NCBI GenBank assembly: GCA_964631725.1
Contig: CAZVYX010000003.1
Span: forward strand, 19,209-83,208
Origin: an uncultured Rhodospirillaceae bacterium
GTDB lineage: Bacteria > Pseudomonadota > Alphaproteobacteria > GCA-2731375
Direction of reading: 5' to 3'
DNA: 64,000 nucleotides
In this document: positions 52,977 to 61,579 of the stretch, in pieces
How positions within the stretch are numbered: the stretch's first letter is position 1
How the letters are laid out: each line of letters starts with the position of its first letter
Made by a program: the position numbers and the translations under genes
The notes under the pieces: model-generated
Told to the model about the DNA's origin: nothing
Database searches by the model: none
Seen by the model: only the letters and a program-made list of their open reading frames with translations

Positions 52977-54248
52977 ATGTTTGGTTCCGTTGCTTACCCG
53001 CGCAAGGCCATGTTGGCTTCGGCCGCCGGGATTTACTGCCTGCTGGCGGCGTCATTTGCGTGCAGTGTTCCGGTCAAGGCGGCCGGGAATACGCCTGTGC
53101 CATCAACTACTTGGCTGCAGCTTGCCGATGCCCGCAAGGGCGCCGCCGACCGGCTGTTCCTCACGGCCATCAAGCTCTACCGCGCCGGCGATCTGGAGGG
53201 CGCGGCGGAGAATTTCGAGATGGGCCTGAGCATCGACCCCGAAAACCCCGTGGCGCATTTCTACTTTGCCGAAACCCTCAGCGACATGAAGCGGGACAAG
53301 GCCGCGCTGGCCCACTACCGAAAGGCGTCGGAACTGGCCCCCGGTTCCGAGGAAGGCATCATCGCCAACCTGAAGCTGAAGAAACTGGCGCAAAAGTTTG
53401 CGCCCGGAAAAGTGTTCAAAGACTGCGATAGCTGCCCCGAAATGGTCGTCATTCCGGCGGGATCGTTCATCATGGGTTCGAGGGAGCAAGAACGAATTTG
53501 GGCGGCCAAAAGCGCTTGGCCAGATGCCAAATACAGCTCGGAAAGGGCCTCCCATAAGCGCATGTATGACGGTATGGAATCTCCAAACCGGCGGGTCACG
53601 CTGCGCTACGCCTTCGCTATTGGTCGCTATGAAGTGACCGTCGGTCAATGGAAGGCATGCGTGGCGGCGGCTAAATGCAAGGAACTGCCGAAAGATTTCG
53701 ACTATAGGGGCAAACCGGTCCAAAGACCCGACGATGTCGCGGTTCATAAAGTGAGTTGGAACGGCGTCAAATCATACCTGCAATGGCTCAGCCTGAAGAC
53801 CGGCCTACGTTATCGATTACCAAGCGAATCCGAGTGGGAATATATGGCGCGCGCCGGCACCACGACAGCCTTCAATTTCGGGCAGAACATCGATGTCAGC
53901 CAAGCGCATTTCTCGGATGTCTATGGCGGAATAAGCCATTACGCACCGATTTCGGTCGGGCGGTACCAAGCCAACGCATTTGGTGTTTACGACGTACATG
54001 GAAACGTTGCCGAAATAACCGAGGATTGTCAGGGCGCGTATGGCAGCGTGCCGTCAGACGGCAGCGCACATACGCCGTCGGGATCCTATAGCAATTGCCA
54101 TGCCAGAATGACGCGCGGTGGTTCCTTTTCCGACGGCCGGCACGCAGTCCGATCGGCGGCACGCGGCGTTACGATGGTCCTGGGCCTTGACGGCAAAGAC
54201 TTCCATGCAATTGGTTTGGGCTTCCGCGTGACGCGAGATTTGGATTGA
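52977..54248 (+). CDS. secreted TPR-repeat protein fused to an FGE-sulfatase (SUMF1/formylglycine-generating-enzyme-like) domain
   Basis: GGAGG RBS, signal peptide MFGSVAYPRKAMLASAAGIYCLLAASFA, and a TPR-like module LQLADARKGAADRLFLTAIKLYRAGDLEGAAENFEMGLSIDPENPVAHFYFAETL. Then VVIPAGSFIMGS...YRLPSESEWEYMARAG...RGGSF, the FGE-sulfatase fold. Confidence 0.7.
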   Translation: MFGSVAYPRKAMLASAAGIYCLLAASFACSVPVKAAGNTPVPSTTWLQLADARKGAADRLFLTAIKLYRAGDLEGAAENFEMGLSIDPENPVAHFYFAETLSDMKRDKAALAHYRKASELAPGSEEGIIANLKLKKLAQKFAPGKVFKDCDSCPEMVVIPAGSFIMGSREQERIWAAKSAWPDAKYSSERASHKRMYDGMESPNRRVTLRYAFAIGRYEVTVGQWKACVAAAKCKELPKDFDYRGKPVQRPDDVAVHKVSWNGVKSYLQWLSLKTGLRYRLPSESEWEYMARAGTTTAFNFGQNIDVSQAHFSDVYGGISHYAPISVGRYQANAFGVYDVHGNVAEITEDCQGAYGSVPSDGSAHTPSGSYSNCHARMTRGGSFSDGRHAVRSAARGVTMVLGLDGKDFHAIGLGFRVTRDLD

Positions 54249-54256
54249 GGTTCGAA

Positions 54257-55291
54257 ATGAAACGAACCAGACCATACAGATGTATTTCAGCAGCGCTCTC
54301 GGTTTTGCTTGCCATAACGGTTCTTGGCTCCGCCCAGGCCCGTGATCCAAAGACGTCCCGATTCCTGCAACTGGCCGATGCGAAGTCAGAGGCGGCAGAT
54401 CAGGTCTTTCTGGAGGCCGTGAAGCTCTACCGCGCCGGTGATCTGGCCGGCGCGGTGGAACAGTTCGAACTGGGCCTGTCGATCGACCCCAATAATGCCG
54501 CCGGGCATTTCTACCTGGCCAAGACTTATGATGGCCTGAAGCGCCGCAACGATGCGTTGATCCACTATCGGAAGGCGGCTGAACTTGGCCCCGGCACCAA
54601 GGAAGGCATTATTGCGGCGGCAACTGTAAAGAGCCTCGAGAAGAAGCTTCGGGATAAGGCCGCCGCCGAACAGAAACGCGTCGAGGAAGAGCGGAAACGG
54701 AAGGAGGTCTCGGCGCTGCTCAGCACGGAAAATATCGACCGCTGTTACAAGAACAAGCAACCGAAAACCATGCTGCAAGGCTGCAATGCCTTGATTCGCT
54801 ATTACTCGGCCAAGAACGAGATGACGCCTGATCCTATGCACATGTTCAGTTTGGCCGGAGCCATTCTACAGCGGGCCATCGCCCATGGACACAACCGCGA
54901 CTGGAGCGCCGCCATTGACGATTTCGAACAGGTCATCGCGATACGCAAGCCTGTCATCATGGATAGCGAGTTCAAGACAAACAATGCCAATTCGCTTGTC
55001 AGCGCAACCAATGGACTGGCCTGGCTGCGCGCCACCTGTCCGGATGGTCGTTATCGCTCAGGCGCCGAGGCGGTTCGTCTTGCGGCCGAGGCGGTACGCA
55101 TGCGGCCCTGGCCGGAATATCGCGACACCCTGGCCGCCGCCTATGCCGAGGCCGGTCGGTTCGAGGATGCCGCCAGTGAGCAGGAAGCCGCGATTGCCAT
55201 GCTCAACGACAGAGGCAAACAATTGTATCTGAAGAAATTCCGGGCCCGATTGGCCCTCTATCGTCAGGGGAAACCGTATCGAGCTCCATAA
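54257..55291 (+). CDS. secreted TPR-repeat protein, paralog 2 of the tandem array
   Basis: Signal peptide ISAALSVLLAITVLGSAQA, then the same N-terminal TPR module (FLQLADAKSEAADQVFLEAVKLYRAGDLAGA). The C-terminus ends in ARLALYRQGKPYRAP. Confidence 0.6.
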   Translation: MKRTRPYRCISAALSVLLAITVLGSAQARDPKTSRFLQLADAKSEAADQVFLEAVKLYRAGDLAGAVEQFELGLSIDPNNAAGHFYLAKTYDGLKRRNDALIHYRKAAELGPGTKEGIIAAATVKSLEKKLRDKAAAEQKRVEEERKRKEVSALLSTENIDRCYKNKQPKTMLQGCNALIRYYSAKNEMTPDPMHMFSLAGAILQRAIAHGHNRDWSAAIDDFEQVIAIRKPVIMDSEFKTNNANSLVSATNGLAWLRATCPDGRYRSGAEAVRLAAEAVRMRPWPEYRDTLAAAYAEAGRFEDAASEQEAAIAMLNDRGKQLYLKKFRARLALYRQGKPYRAP

Positions 55292-55717
55292 TGGCCAAGG
55301 TAAGCTGATCCAGCCTGGGCGAACGATGATGCATTGAGATCTGATATGACACGCGCATTGACATACCGATTGCCGTTGACACTGCTTGGTGTTTTTCTTG
55401 TTCTCGCCCTCCATGCTCCCGCCAATGCCGGCGATCCGCAGGCGCCCGTGGTCCTGCAAGTCGCGGACGCGCGGTCGGAGGCGGCGGACCGCTTCTTCCT
55501 CAAGGCGGTGAAGCTGTATCGCTCCGGCGATCTGACGGGTGCGGCGGAGCAGTTCAAGCTTGGTCTGAGCATCAATCCGGAGAACCCGGTGGCGCACTAC
55601 TATTACGCCGAAACCCTGAAGGCCATGCAGCGCGAGGCGGAGGCCCTGGCGCATTACGAAAAAGCGGCGAAATTCGGCCCTGACACCACCGAAGGCATCA
55701 TGGCGGCGGCGGTCATG
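55260..55717 (+). repeat. direct repeat copy 1 (~458 bp), spanning gene end, intergenic spacer and 5' end of the next TPR gene
   Basis: tcgtcaggggaaaccgtatcgagctccataatggccaaggtaagctgatccagcctgggcgaacgatgatgcattgagatctgatatgacacgcgcattgacataccg... recurs at 56337. The first ~220 bp match exactly and the rest shows scattered mismatches. The repeat period is 1077 bp. Confidence 0.85.
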
Positions 55718-56368
55718 CCAGGGCTCAGGCGTAAGGTCGAGGCGACCGAAAAGAAGAAAACGGAAAGGAAAGCGGAAAAAAAGGCCGCCGCCGAGAAGGT
55801 TCATTGCTCGCCTTTCGCTACCGGCACGACAGATGTGATCAAGGTGTGCAGTGAAAAAATTCGAGCCTTTGCGGAGCAACAAGTGAATCCGTCGAAGTTC
55901 ATGTTCAAGGATCCGGCCTACATGGGTGCCGACTATCACACTATCCGCGCAAATGCATACTTCCGGAACGGCAATTTTTCTGCTGCTGTTCGTGACTTCG
56001 AGAGATCCATGGATTTGGAGAAACAGGTCGTTTGGGAAAACTACCCAGGATTAGCGACTCCAGATATGACGCGTTGGGAAGCGCTCAGGGGATTCGCCTG
56101 GCTGCGGGCGACCTGTCGGGACAAACGTTACCGCTCGGGCGCTGACGCGGTTCGCCTCGCCCTTGAAGCCGTTCGTATGCACCGCTGGCCGCAAGCGCAA
56201 GATACCCTGGCCGCCGCCTACGCCGAAGCCGGTCGGTTCGGGGATGCCGTCAGGGAGCAGCAAGCGGCGATTGCAAACCTTTCCGATTCCGGCAAACAAC
56301 AATTCTTGAAACAATTCCAGGCTCGATTGGCCCTCTATCGTCAGGGGAAACCGTATCGAGCTCCATAA
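55346..56368 (+). CDS. secreted TPR-repeat protein, paralog 3
   Basis: MTRALTYRLPLTLLGVFLVLALHAPANA signal, a TPR module, and the same ...ARLALYRQGKPYRAP end. The 5' part lies within direct repeat copy 1. Confidence 0.6.
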   Translation: MTRALTYRLPLTLLGVFLVLALHAPANAGDPQAPVVLQVADARSEAADRFFLKAVKLYRSGDLTGAAEQFKLGLSINPENPVAHYYYAETLKAMQREAEALAHYEKAAKFGPDTTEGIMAAAVMPGLRRKVEATEKKKTERKAEKKAAAEKVHCSPFATGTTDVIKVCSEKIRAFAEQQVNPSKFMFKDPAYMGADYHTIRANAYFRNGNFSAAVRDFERSMDLEKQVVWENYPGLATPDMTRWEALRGFAWLRATCRDKRYRSGADAVRLALEAVRMHRWPQAQDTLAAAYAEAGRFGDAVREQQAAIANLSDSGKQQFLKQFQARLALYRQGKPYRAP

Positions 56369-56794
56369 TGGCCAAGGTAAGCTGATCCAGCCTGGGCGAA
56401 CGATGATGCATTGAGATCTGATATGACACGCGCATTGACATACCGATTGCCGTTGACACTGCTTGGTGTTTTTCTTGTTCTCGCCCTCCATGCTCCCGCC
56501 AATGCCGGCGATCCGCAGGCGCCCGTGGTCCTGCAACTGGCCGACGCGCGATCCGAAGCGGCGGACCGCTTCTTCCTCAAGGCGGTGCAGCTGTACCGGG
56601 CCGGCGATCTGACGGGCGCGGCGGAGCAGTTCGAGTTTGGCCTGAGCATCAATCCGGAGAACCCGGTGGCGCACTACTATTACGCCGAGACCCTGAAGGC
56701 CATGCAACGCGAGGCGGAGGCCCTGGCCCATTACGAAAAAGCGGCGAAATTCGGCCCCGACACCACCGAAGGCATCATGGCGGCGGCGGTCATA
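56337..56794 (+). repeat. direct repeat copy 2
   Basis: Same as copy 1. The identical 103-aa minus-strand ORFs 55264..55575 and 56341..56652 in the ORF track are by-products of this repeat. Confidence 0.85.
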
Positions 56795-57499
56795 ACAAAG
56801 CTCAAGCGCAAGGTAGACGCGGCCAAGGCGGCGCAAGACGCCAAAACGCGGGCGCAAGCCGATATCGCCGATGAAAAGGCGTGCGAGGATTGGGAATCGA
56901 CGCCAAGCCGGCGGAACCAAGGCTGTACGGCGGTCATCGTGAAACTTTCAGCCCCGCCGATTACTGCTTTGAAAGACTTGGCGGTGGCATTGTGGCGACG
57001 GGCCTCCAACCAAGCTCTACTCGGCAAATGCGCGGCGGCTGTCAAAGATCTAGTGCGGGCGCGTAATCTATTGCTTGAGCTGACAAAGGGAAAACCCCGC
57101 CAAGACAACTTTGACTACCTTACTCTCGAAGATGTCACTATTGGCCTCACAAATGTCCTAACGACGTCACCGCGCCGCCAATGCAGGTCGGGAAAGGAAG
57201 CTTTGCGATTGGCCGCGGAGTTCCCAATTTTCCGCGATGACAAGACGGAGCGACATCATAGGGCCCTGGCGCCCATCTATGCGGAAGTCGGACAATTCGA
57301 CCGCGCCATACAAGAGCAGGAAGCAGCCATAGAATCGCGGAAGCAATTCTTCAAGGAAGTGTCCTGGTCCAAGGCCGATATGAAAACAGTTCTTGATAGC
57401 ATGCAGCAAGTTTTGGAAGTCCTGCGAAAACATAAGCCAATCCGATATTGCAAGATGGCGGAAAAGCAATTTACAGAACTCTGCGACGGGATCGATTAG
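56423..57499 (+). CDS. secreted TPR-repeat protein, paralog 4 (divergent C-terminal half)
   Basis: The first ~150 codons are near-identical to paralog 3 at the DNA level. The C-terminal half is different (…KPIRYCKMAEKQFTELCDGID). Confidence 0.6.
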   Translation: MTRALTYRLPLTLLGVFLVLALHAPANAGDPQAPVVLQLADARSEAADRFFLKAVQLYRAGDLTGAAEQFEFGLSINPENPVAHYYYAETLKAMQREAEALAHYEKAAKFGPDTTEGIMAAAVITKLKRKVDAAKAAQDAKTRAQADIADEKACEDWESTPSRRNQGCTAVIVKLSAPPITALKDLAVALWRRASNQALLGKCAAAVKDLVRARNLLLELTKGKPRQDNFDYLTLEDVTIGLTNVLTTSPRRQCRSGKEALRLAAEFPIFRDDKTERHHRALAPIYAEVGQFDRAIQEQEAAIESRKQFFKEVSWSKADMKTVLDSMQQVLEVLRKHKPIRYCKMAEKQFTELCDGID

Positions 57500-57512
57500 C
57501 TGCCATACGCCA

Positions 57513-58478
57513 TCAGGCGGTCTTGGCGTTGCGTTCAGTGAAATGGCACAGGCCCAGCAGGGCGCGGGCCTCGTCCTCGACGGCTGCGGGCCGGTGGATG
57601 AAGCTGGCCGGGCGCGGCGCTGCCAACAGGATGCCGTCACCGTCCACGTGACAACGGATACTGTCGCAATTCATTGCCCACGCTAGTTCATCCAGCGCCT
57701 CGACAAGTCCGCTATCAGCGGCTTGGGCCGCGTCTTCCGGGTTGTCGGCGCGAACCTGGAAGTTACCAGTCAGCCCTCCACCGACTTCCGACGGCAGGTT
57801 GGCCGCCGCGATCCAGCAGGATTTGACGCCAGCGCCCAGCAAGGCCAGCCGGCCTTGTAGCGGCATTGGTGATGGCAACGCGGCCAGGAAACCCTCGAAC
57901 ACGGTCTCATCGTCGCCGTCGGGCCAGATCATGCTCAGTTCGACGTCGGCAATCTCGCAGGCGCTACCGTTCGAACCCCGGCGGAACAGTGCGCGGCACC
58001 GGGGCTGGGCAAATTCCGCCACCAGCCCGGCCCTGAAAAAAGATGTTGCGTCAAAATCCTTCCCACTGCCGATTTCGTACCGCCAGCCGGGCCGGAACGC
58101 GGCAATGGTGCGAAACAGCAGGGCGCGGATGTCCAGGTTCTGCCGCCGCGCCACATCCATGGCGCCCAGGCCGCCCAGGATAAGGCCGATGATGATCAGG
58201 CCGCCGCCAAGCCAAGCCAGATCGATCCGCGCGGCCAGGCCCGTATCCCCGGCCAGCATCAGCTGCCAAAACCGACCATCGAAGCGATAGACGATCCAGG
58301 CCATGGCGGCGGCAAGCCCCGCCAGCCCGCCCAGAACGATGCGCCGGATCATCGCCCCACGCCGGCGGCGGGCGGTCGGTTGCAACCGGCGCAGCTCGGG
58401 TGCGGCGATGCGCGCGAAGACCGCCGCGTAGCCCGCCTCGTGCGGCGCCCGTTCGCGAAAGCCATAGTCCTCGCTCAT
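57513..58478 (-). CDS. hypothetical membrane protein: cytoplasmic N-terminus, two TM helices, ~200-aa C-terminal domain
   Basis: Start at MSEDYGFRERAPHEAGYAAVF with AAGAGGAAG RBS. TM segments IVLGGLAGLAAAMAWIVY and LGGGLIIIGLILGGLGAM. No recognisable catalytic motif. Confidence 0.5.
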   Translation of the reverse strand: MSEDYGFRERAPHEAGYAAVFARIAAPELRRLQPTARRRRGAMIRRIVLGGLAGLAAAMAWIVYRFDGRFWQLMLAGDTGLAARIDLAWLGGGLIIIGLILGGLGAMDVARRQNLDIRALLFRTIAAFRPGWRYEIGSGKDFDATSFFRAGLVAEFAQPRCRALFRRGSNGSACEIADVELSMIWPDGDDETVFEGFLAALPSPMPLQGRLALLGAGVKSCWIAAANLPSEVGGGLTGNFQVRADNPEDAAQAADSGLVEALDELAWAMNCDSIRCHVDGDGILLAAPRPASFIHRPAAVEDEARALLGLCHFTERNAKTA

Positions 58479-58581
58479 GGCATCTTCCTCTTTCCGCCCG
58501 ACGGGTGGGACCGATTGTCCTCGCATCGAAACAGCGAAAGCAGGCGCGGCCATTGTCCCACCCGCGCGCGTCGCGACGCAA

Positions 58582-59079
58582 CTAGCCCGGGTCGATTTCC
58601 TGGAACACCCCCAAATTCCTCGCAACCTGGAAATAACCCTCGATATCGAACCTTGCTGACAGGTTCACAGAGGCGATCCGTTCCAGGGCGTCGAAATCGT
58701 CGGAACCGAACGTCAAGTCGGACCCCGGCAGTTCCGCCTTGGCGCGCATCTCGATCGGTCCGGTTCGTGTCGTCCCGCCGCCCTCAAGAAACCTGGTCGG
58801 AAAGCTCAATTGCAGCACCGGCAGTTCGTCCCCCTTACTGTCGATTGGCGCGGCATATTGGCTGCCCAGGATCAGGAGAGCCGGATCCCTGAACGCGATT
58901 CTCGGTTGCGACAGCCCCGGCATGCCAGTGTTGTCCTGCTCCGGCGCGGTGTTGTGAAGGATATAATCGATCGTGAAGGTCTCGCCGACATTGATCGAGC
59001 GGTCGAACCCGACCGCGCTGGTCTCGGCGGTCAGGTCGAGATAGCTTCTGGCCTCCGCCCATAATGAATACATCTGCAT
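58582..59079 (-). CDS. hypothetical soluble protein (~165 aa), upstream partner of the membrane protein
   Basis: MQMYSLWAEARSYLDLTAETSAVGFDRSINVGETFTIDYILHNTAP... with GGGAGAAA RBS; no known motif. Confidence 0.45.
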   Translation of the reverse strand: MQMYSLWAEARSYLDLTAETSAVGFDRSINVGETFTIDYILHNTAPEQDNTGMPGLSQPRIAFRDPALLILGSQYAAPIDSKGDELPVLQLSFPTRFLEGGGTTRTGPIEMRAKAELPGSDLTFGSDDFDALERIASVNLSARFDIEGYFQVARNLGVFQEIDPG

Positions 59080-59134
59080 ATCATAATTTCTCCCAGAATC
59101 TGTGGATCGACGCCATTGCCGGTTTTGCAACGGG

Positions 59135-59311
59135 CTAGCGGCGTCGCTCCAGAATGGTCGCAACCAACCAGGCGCCGCAAATGGCGACAGTCGCACCGCC
59201 GATGACCATGAAGGCCTCGTCCCAGCCCACATAACGTTCAAGGATATGACCGAGGAGCAACGCCGCAATGATGGCTCCGGCAACGGTGTATTTTCTTGCG
59301 CGCGGTGTCAT
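59135..59311 (-). CDS. possible small two-helix membrane protein (58 aa)
   Basis: MTPRARKYTVAGAIIAALLLGHILERYVGWDEAFMVIGGATVAICGAWLVATILERRR. There is no clear SD sequence. Confidence 0.2.
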   Translation of the reverse strand: MTPRARKYTVAGAIIAALLLGHILERYVGWDEAFMVIGGATVAICGAWLVATILERRR

Positions 59312-59486
59312 CGGGCAATCGTAGACCAATGGGACTTGCGCCGTCCCGAATTATCACACCGAATCCCGCTTCCTGAGAGCCCAAAGCGGAAGGGCCCAGC
59401 CGGCTTCAAATGTGGGACTATGGGTGGGGCTAATCACAGACGTAGACGCGGCATTTGATGTATTTCAATAAGTTAGCTGCCAAAAA

Positions 59487-59576
59487 TGGCGGATGGGGTG
59501 GGATTCGAACCCACGAGACGCTTTCACGCCTGCTGGTTTTCAAGACCAGTGCCTTCAACCACTCGGCCACCCATCC
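59487..59576 (-). tRNA. tRNA-Ser (anticodon UGA)
   Basis: The reverse complement GGATGGGTGGCCGAGTGGTTGAAGGCACTGGTCTTGAAAACCAGCAGGCGTGAAAGCGTCTCGTGGGTTCGAATCCCACCCCATCCGCCA folds as a class II tRNA. It has a 7-bp acceptor stem, anticodon loop CTTGAAA, a long variable arm, T-loop GGTTCGAATCC, and an encoded CCA. Confidence 0.9.
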
Positions 59577-59654
59577 ATCGGCTCGGTTGCACGCGTGTAG
59601 CAAATCAGCCGCGCCCTGGGAAGCGCAATTGCGCCGCCGCCAGATGCCGTCGCG

Positions 59655-61343
59655 CTAATTGCGGCTTTCCAACAAGCGCCGGGCGATGACCTGGGCCTGA
59701 ATTTCGCCCGCACCCTCGAATATATTCAGAATACGGGCATCGCAGAGCACCCGGGAGATCGGGAACTCCAACGAAAAACCATTGCCACCGTGGATCTGCA
59801 CCGCGTTGTCGGCCGATGACCAGGCGACCCGCGCCGCCAGCAGCTTGGCCATGCCCGCCTCCAGATCGCAGCGCCGGCCCTGATCCTTTTGCCGGGCGGC
59901 ATAATAGGTTAATTGCCGCGACAGCATGATCTCCACCGCCATCCAGGCCAGCTTGCCCGCGACCCGTGGGAAGCGCACGATGGCGCCGCCGAACTGCTGG
60001 CGCTCGATACCGTAGTTCAGGCCAAGCTCGAAGGCATTCTGGGCCACGCCGACGGCCCGGGCGGCGGTCTGGATGCGGGCGGACTCAAACGTCGCCATGA
60101 GCTGTTTGAAGCCGTTGCCTTCCTCGCCGCCCAATAGATTGTCGGCCCCGACCTCAAAACCATCGAAGGCGATCTCATATTCCTTCATGCCGCGATAGCC
60201 CAGCACCTCGATCTCGCCGCCCGACATGCCCTCCGCCGGGAACGGATCATCGACCGTGCCGCGCGGTTTTTCGGCCAGAAGCATGGACAAGCCCCTGTAA
60301 CCGCGTTGATCGGGGTCGGTGCGCGCCAGCAGGGTCATCATATCGGCCCGGGCGGCATGGGTGATCCAGGTCTTGTTACCCTGGACCTTGTAGGCATCGC
60401 CGTCACGGATGGCGCGGGTGCCGACACTGCCCAGGTCCGAGCCCACATTCGGCTCGGTAAAGACGGCGGTGGGCAGGATTTCGCCCGAGGCGATCTTGGG
60501 TAGCCAATGTTCACGCTGTTGCTCGGTACCGCCGTGCAGGATCAATTCGGCGGCGATCTCGGATCGCGTGCCAAGGGAGCCGACACCGATATAGCCCCGG
60601 CAAAGCTCCTCCGACACCACGCACATGGCGGTCTTGCCCATGCCGTGGCCGCCGTATTGCTCGGGGATAGTCAGGCCGAAGACGCCCATCTCGCTCATGC
60701 CGGAGACCACGTCCATGGGGATCAACTCGTCACGCATATGCCAGCCATGGGCATCGGGGGTGACATTTTCCTCGGTGAAGCGGCGGAATTGGTCGCGCAC
60801 CATGGACAGGGTCTCATCCAGGCCCAGTTCGCCGAATTCGGCACTGCTGGCCGCCTCGACCAACAGCAGGGCCAGTTGGTCGCGGCCGGCCTGGGTATTG
60901 CCCTGGGCGATCAGACGCTGCACCGCGTCGGTGCGAAAGGCCGCCAGATCATCACCGTCCAGGCCCAGATCGATGGGCCGCACCACCTCGATCTGGCTCA
61001 TGGCGATGCCATTGGCCATTTCCGTCAGATAGCCGCCAAAACCCAATTGCAGCAGCAACTGCTCCAATCGGCTGAACCGGCCATCGGCCGACAATTTCTC
61101 CGCCCAAGCCAGGCTTTGCCGCAGGGCCTCGTTATAGGTCGCCAGCCAGGCCAGGCCATGCACGGCGAACTGCTGCGCCTCTATCAGGCCGGCATTGACG
61201 GCGCCGTCCCTTGATACCATGGCGCGGACGCCGTTCCGGGCCCGGGCCAGCAAATCGTCAGCCGATGCCAGCGCGCTGCCGCATAACTGCAATAAATCCT
61301 CAACGGCGATTCCGTCCTCGGGGCTGTCGGCAGCTTGCATCAT
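59655..61343 (-). CDS. long-form acyl-CoA dehydrogenase family protein
   Basis: 562 aa; an N-terminal ~180-aa extension, then ACAD core motifs (TEPNVGSD, GGNGF...) in the C-terminal half. Confidence 0.8.
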   Translation of the reverse strand: MMQAADSPEDGIAVEDLLQLCGSALASADDLLARARNGVRAMVSRDGAVNAGLIEAQQFAVHGLAWLATYNEALRQSLAWAEKLSADGRFSRLEQLLLQLGFGGYLTEMANGIAMSQIEVVRPIDLGLDGDDLAAFRTDAVQRLIAQGNTQAGRDQLALLLVEAASSAEFGELGLDETLSMVRDQFRRFTEENVTPDAHGWHMRDELIPMDVVSGMSEMGVFGLTIPEQYGGHGMGKTAMCVVSEELCRGYIGVGSLGTRSEIAAELILHGGTEQQREHWLPKIASGEILPTAVFTEPNVGSDLGSVGTRAIRDGDAYKVQGNKTWITHAARADMMTLLARTDPDQRGYRGLSMLLAEKPRGTVDDPFPAEGMSGGEIEVLGYRGMKEYEIAFDGFEVGADNLLGGEEGNGFKQLMATFESARIQTAARAVGVAQNAFELGLNYGIERQQFGGAIVRFPRVAGKLAWMAVEIMLSRQLTYYAARQKDQGRRCDLEAGMAKLLAARVAWSSADNAVQIHGGNGFSLEFPISRVLCDARILNIFEGAGEIQAQVIARRLLESRN

Positions 61344-61541
61344 GTTCCTCTTTCAATCTGTCTCCGGACCCGGCCACGAATTTCAGCGATAGGTGATGGT
61401 GGTCACTCGCGAAATCCGCCGGCGGGCCCATCTGTTAATGGCACACCACGATCTTCCTCGTGATTAGCGACTCAGAGGCCCGATGTCGAGTACCCCTCCC
61501 CCCTGGCATCGGCGGTTCGAATACCGTTCTGTCTCTGCACC

Positions 61542-61579
61542 TGACGGCGGCCGGCGAAATGCCGGTCGCCGTTTCTTTT
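61542..61579 (+). terminator. orphan rho-independent terminator in a 500-bp non-coding region
   Basis: GACGGCGGCCGGC gaaat GCCGGTCGCCGTT followed by tcTTTTTgg. There is no + strand CDS upstream; acd is on the minus strand. Confidence 0.55.

Noticed and set aside
55264-55575. Identical 103-aa minus-strand ORFs at 55264..55575 and 56341..56652
   Set aside because: They are antisense by-products of the 458-bp direct DNA repeat inside the TPR genes, not a repeated gene.
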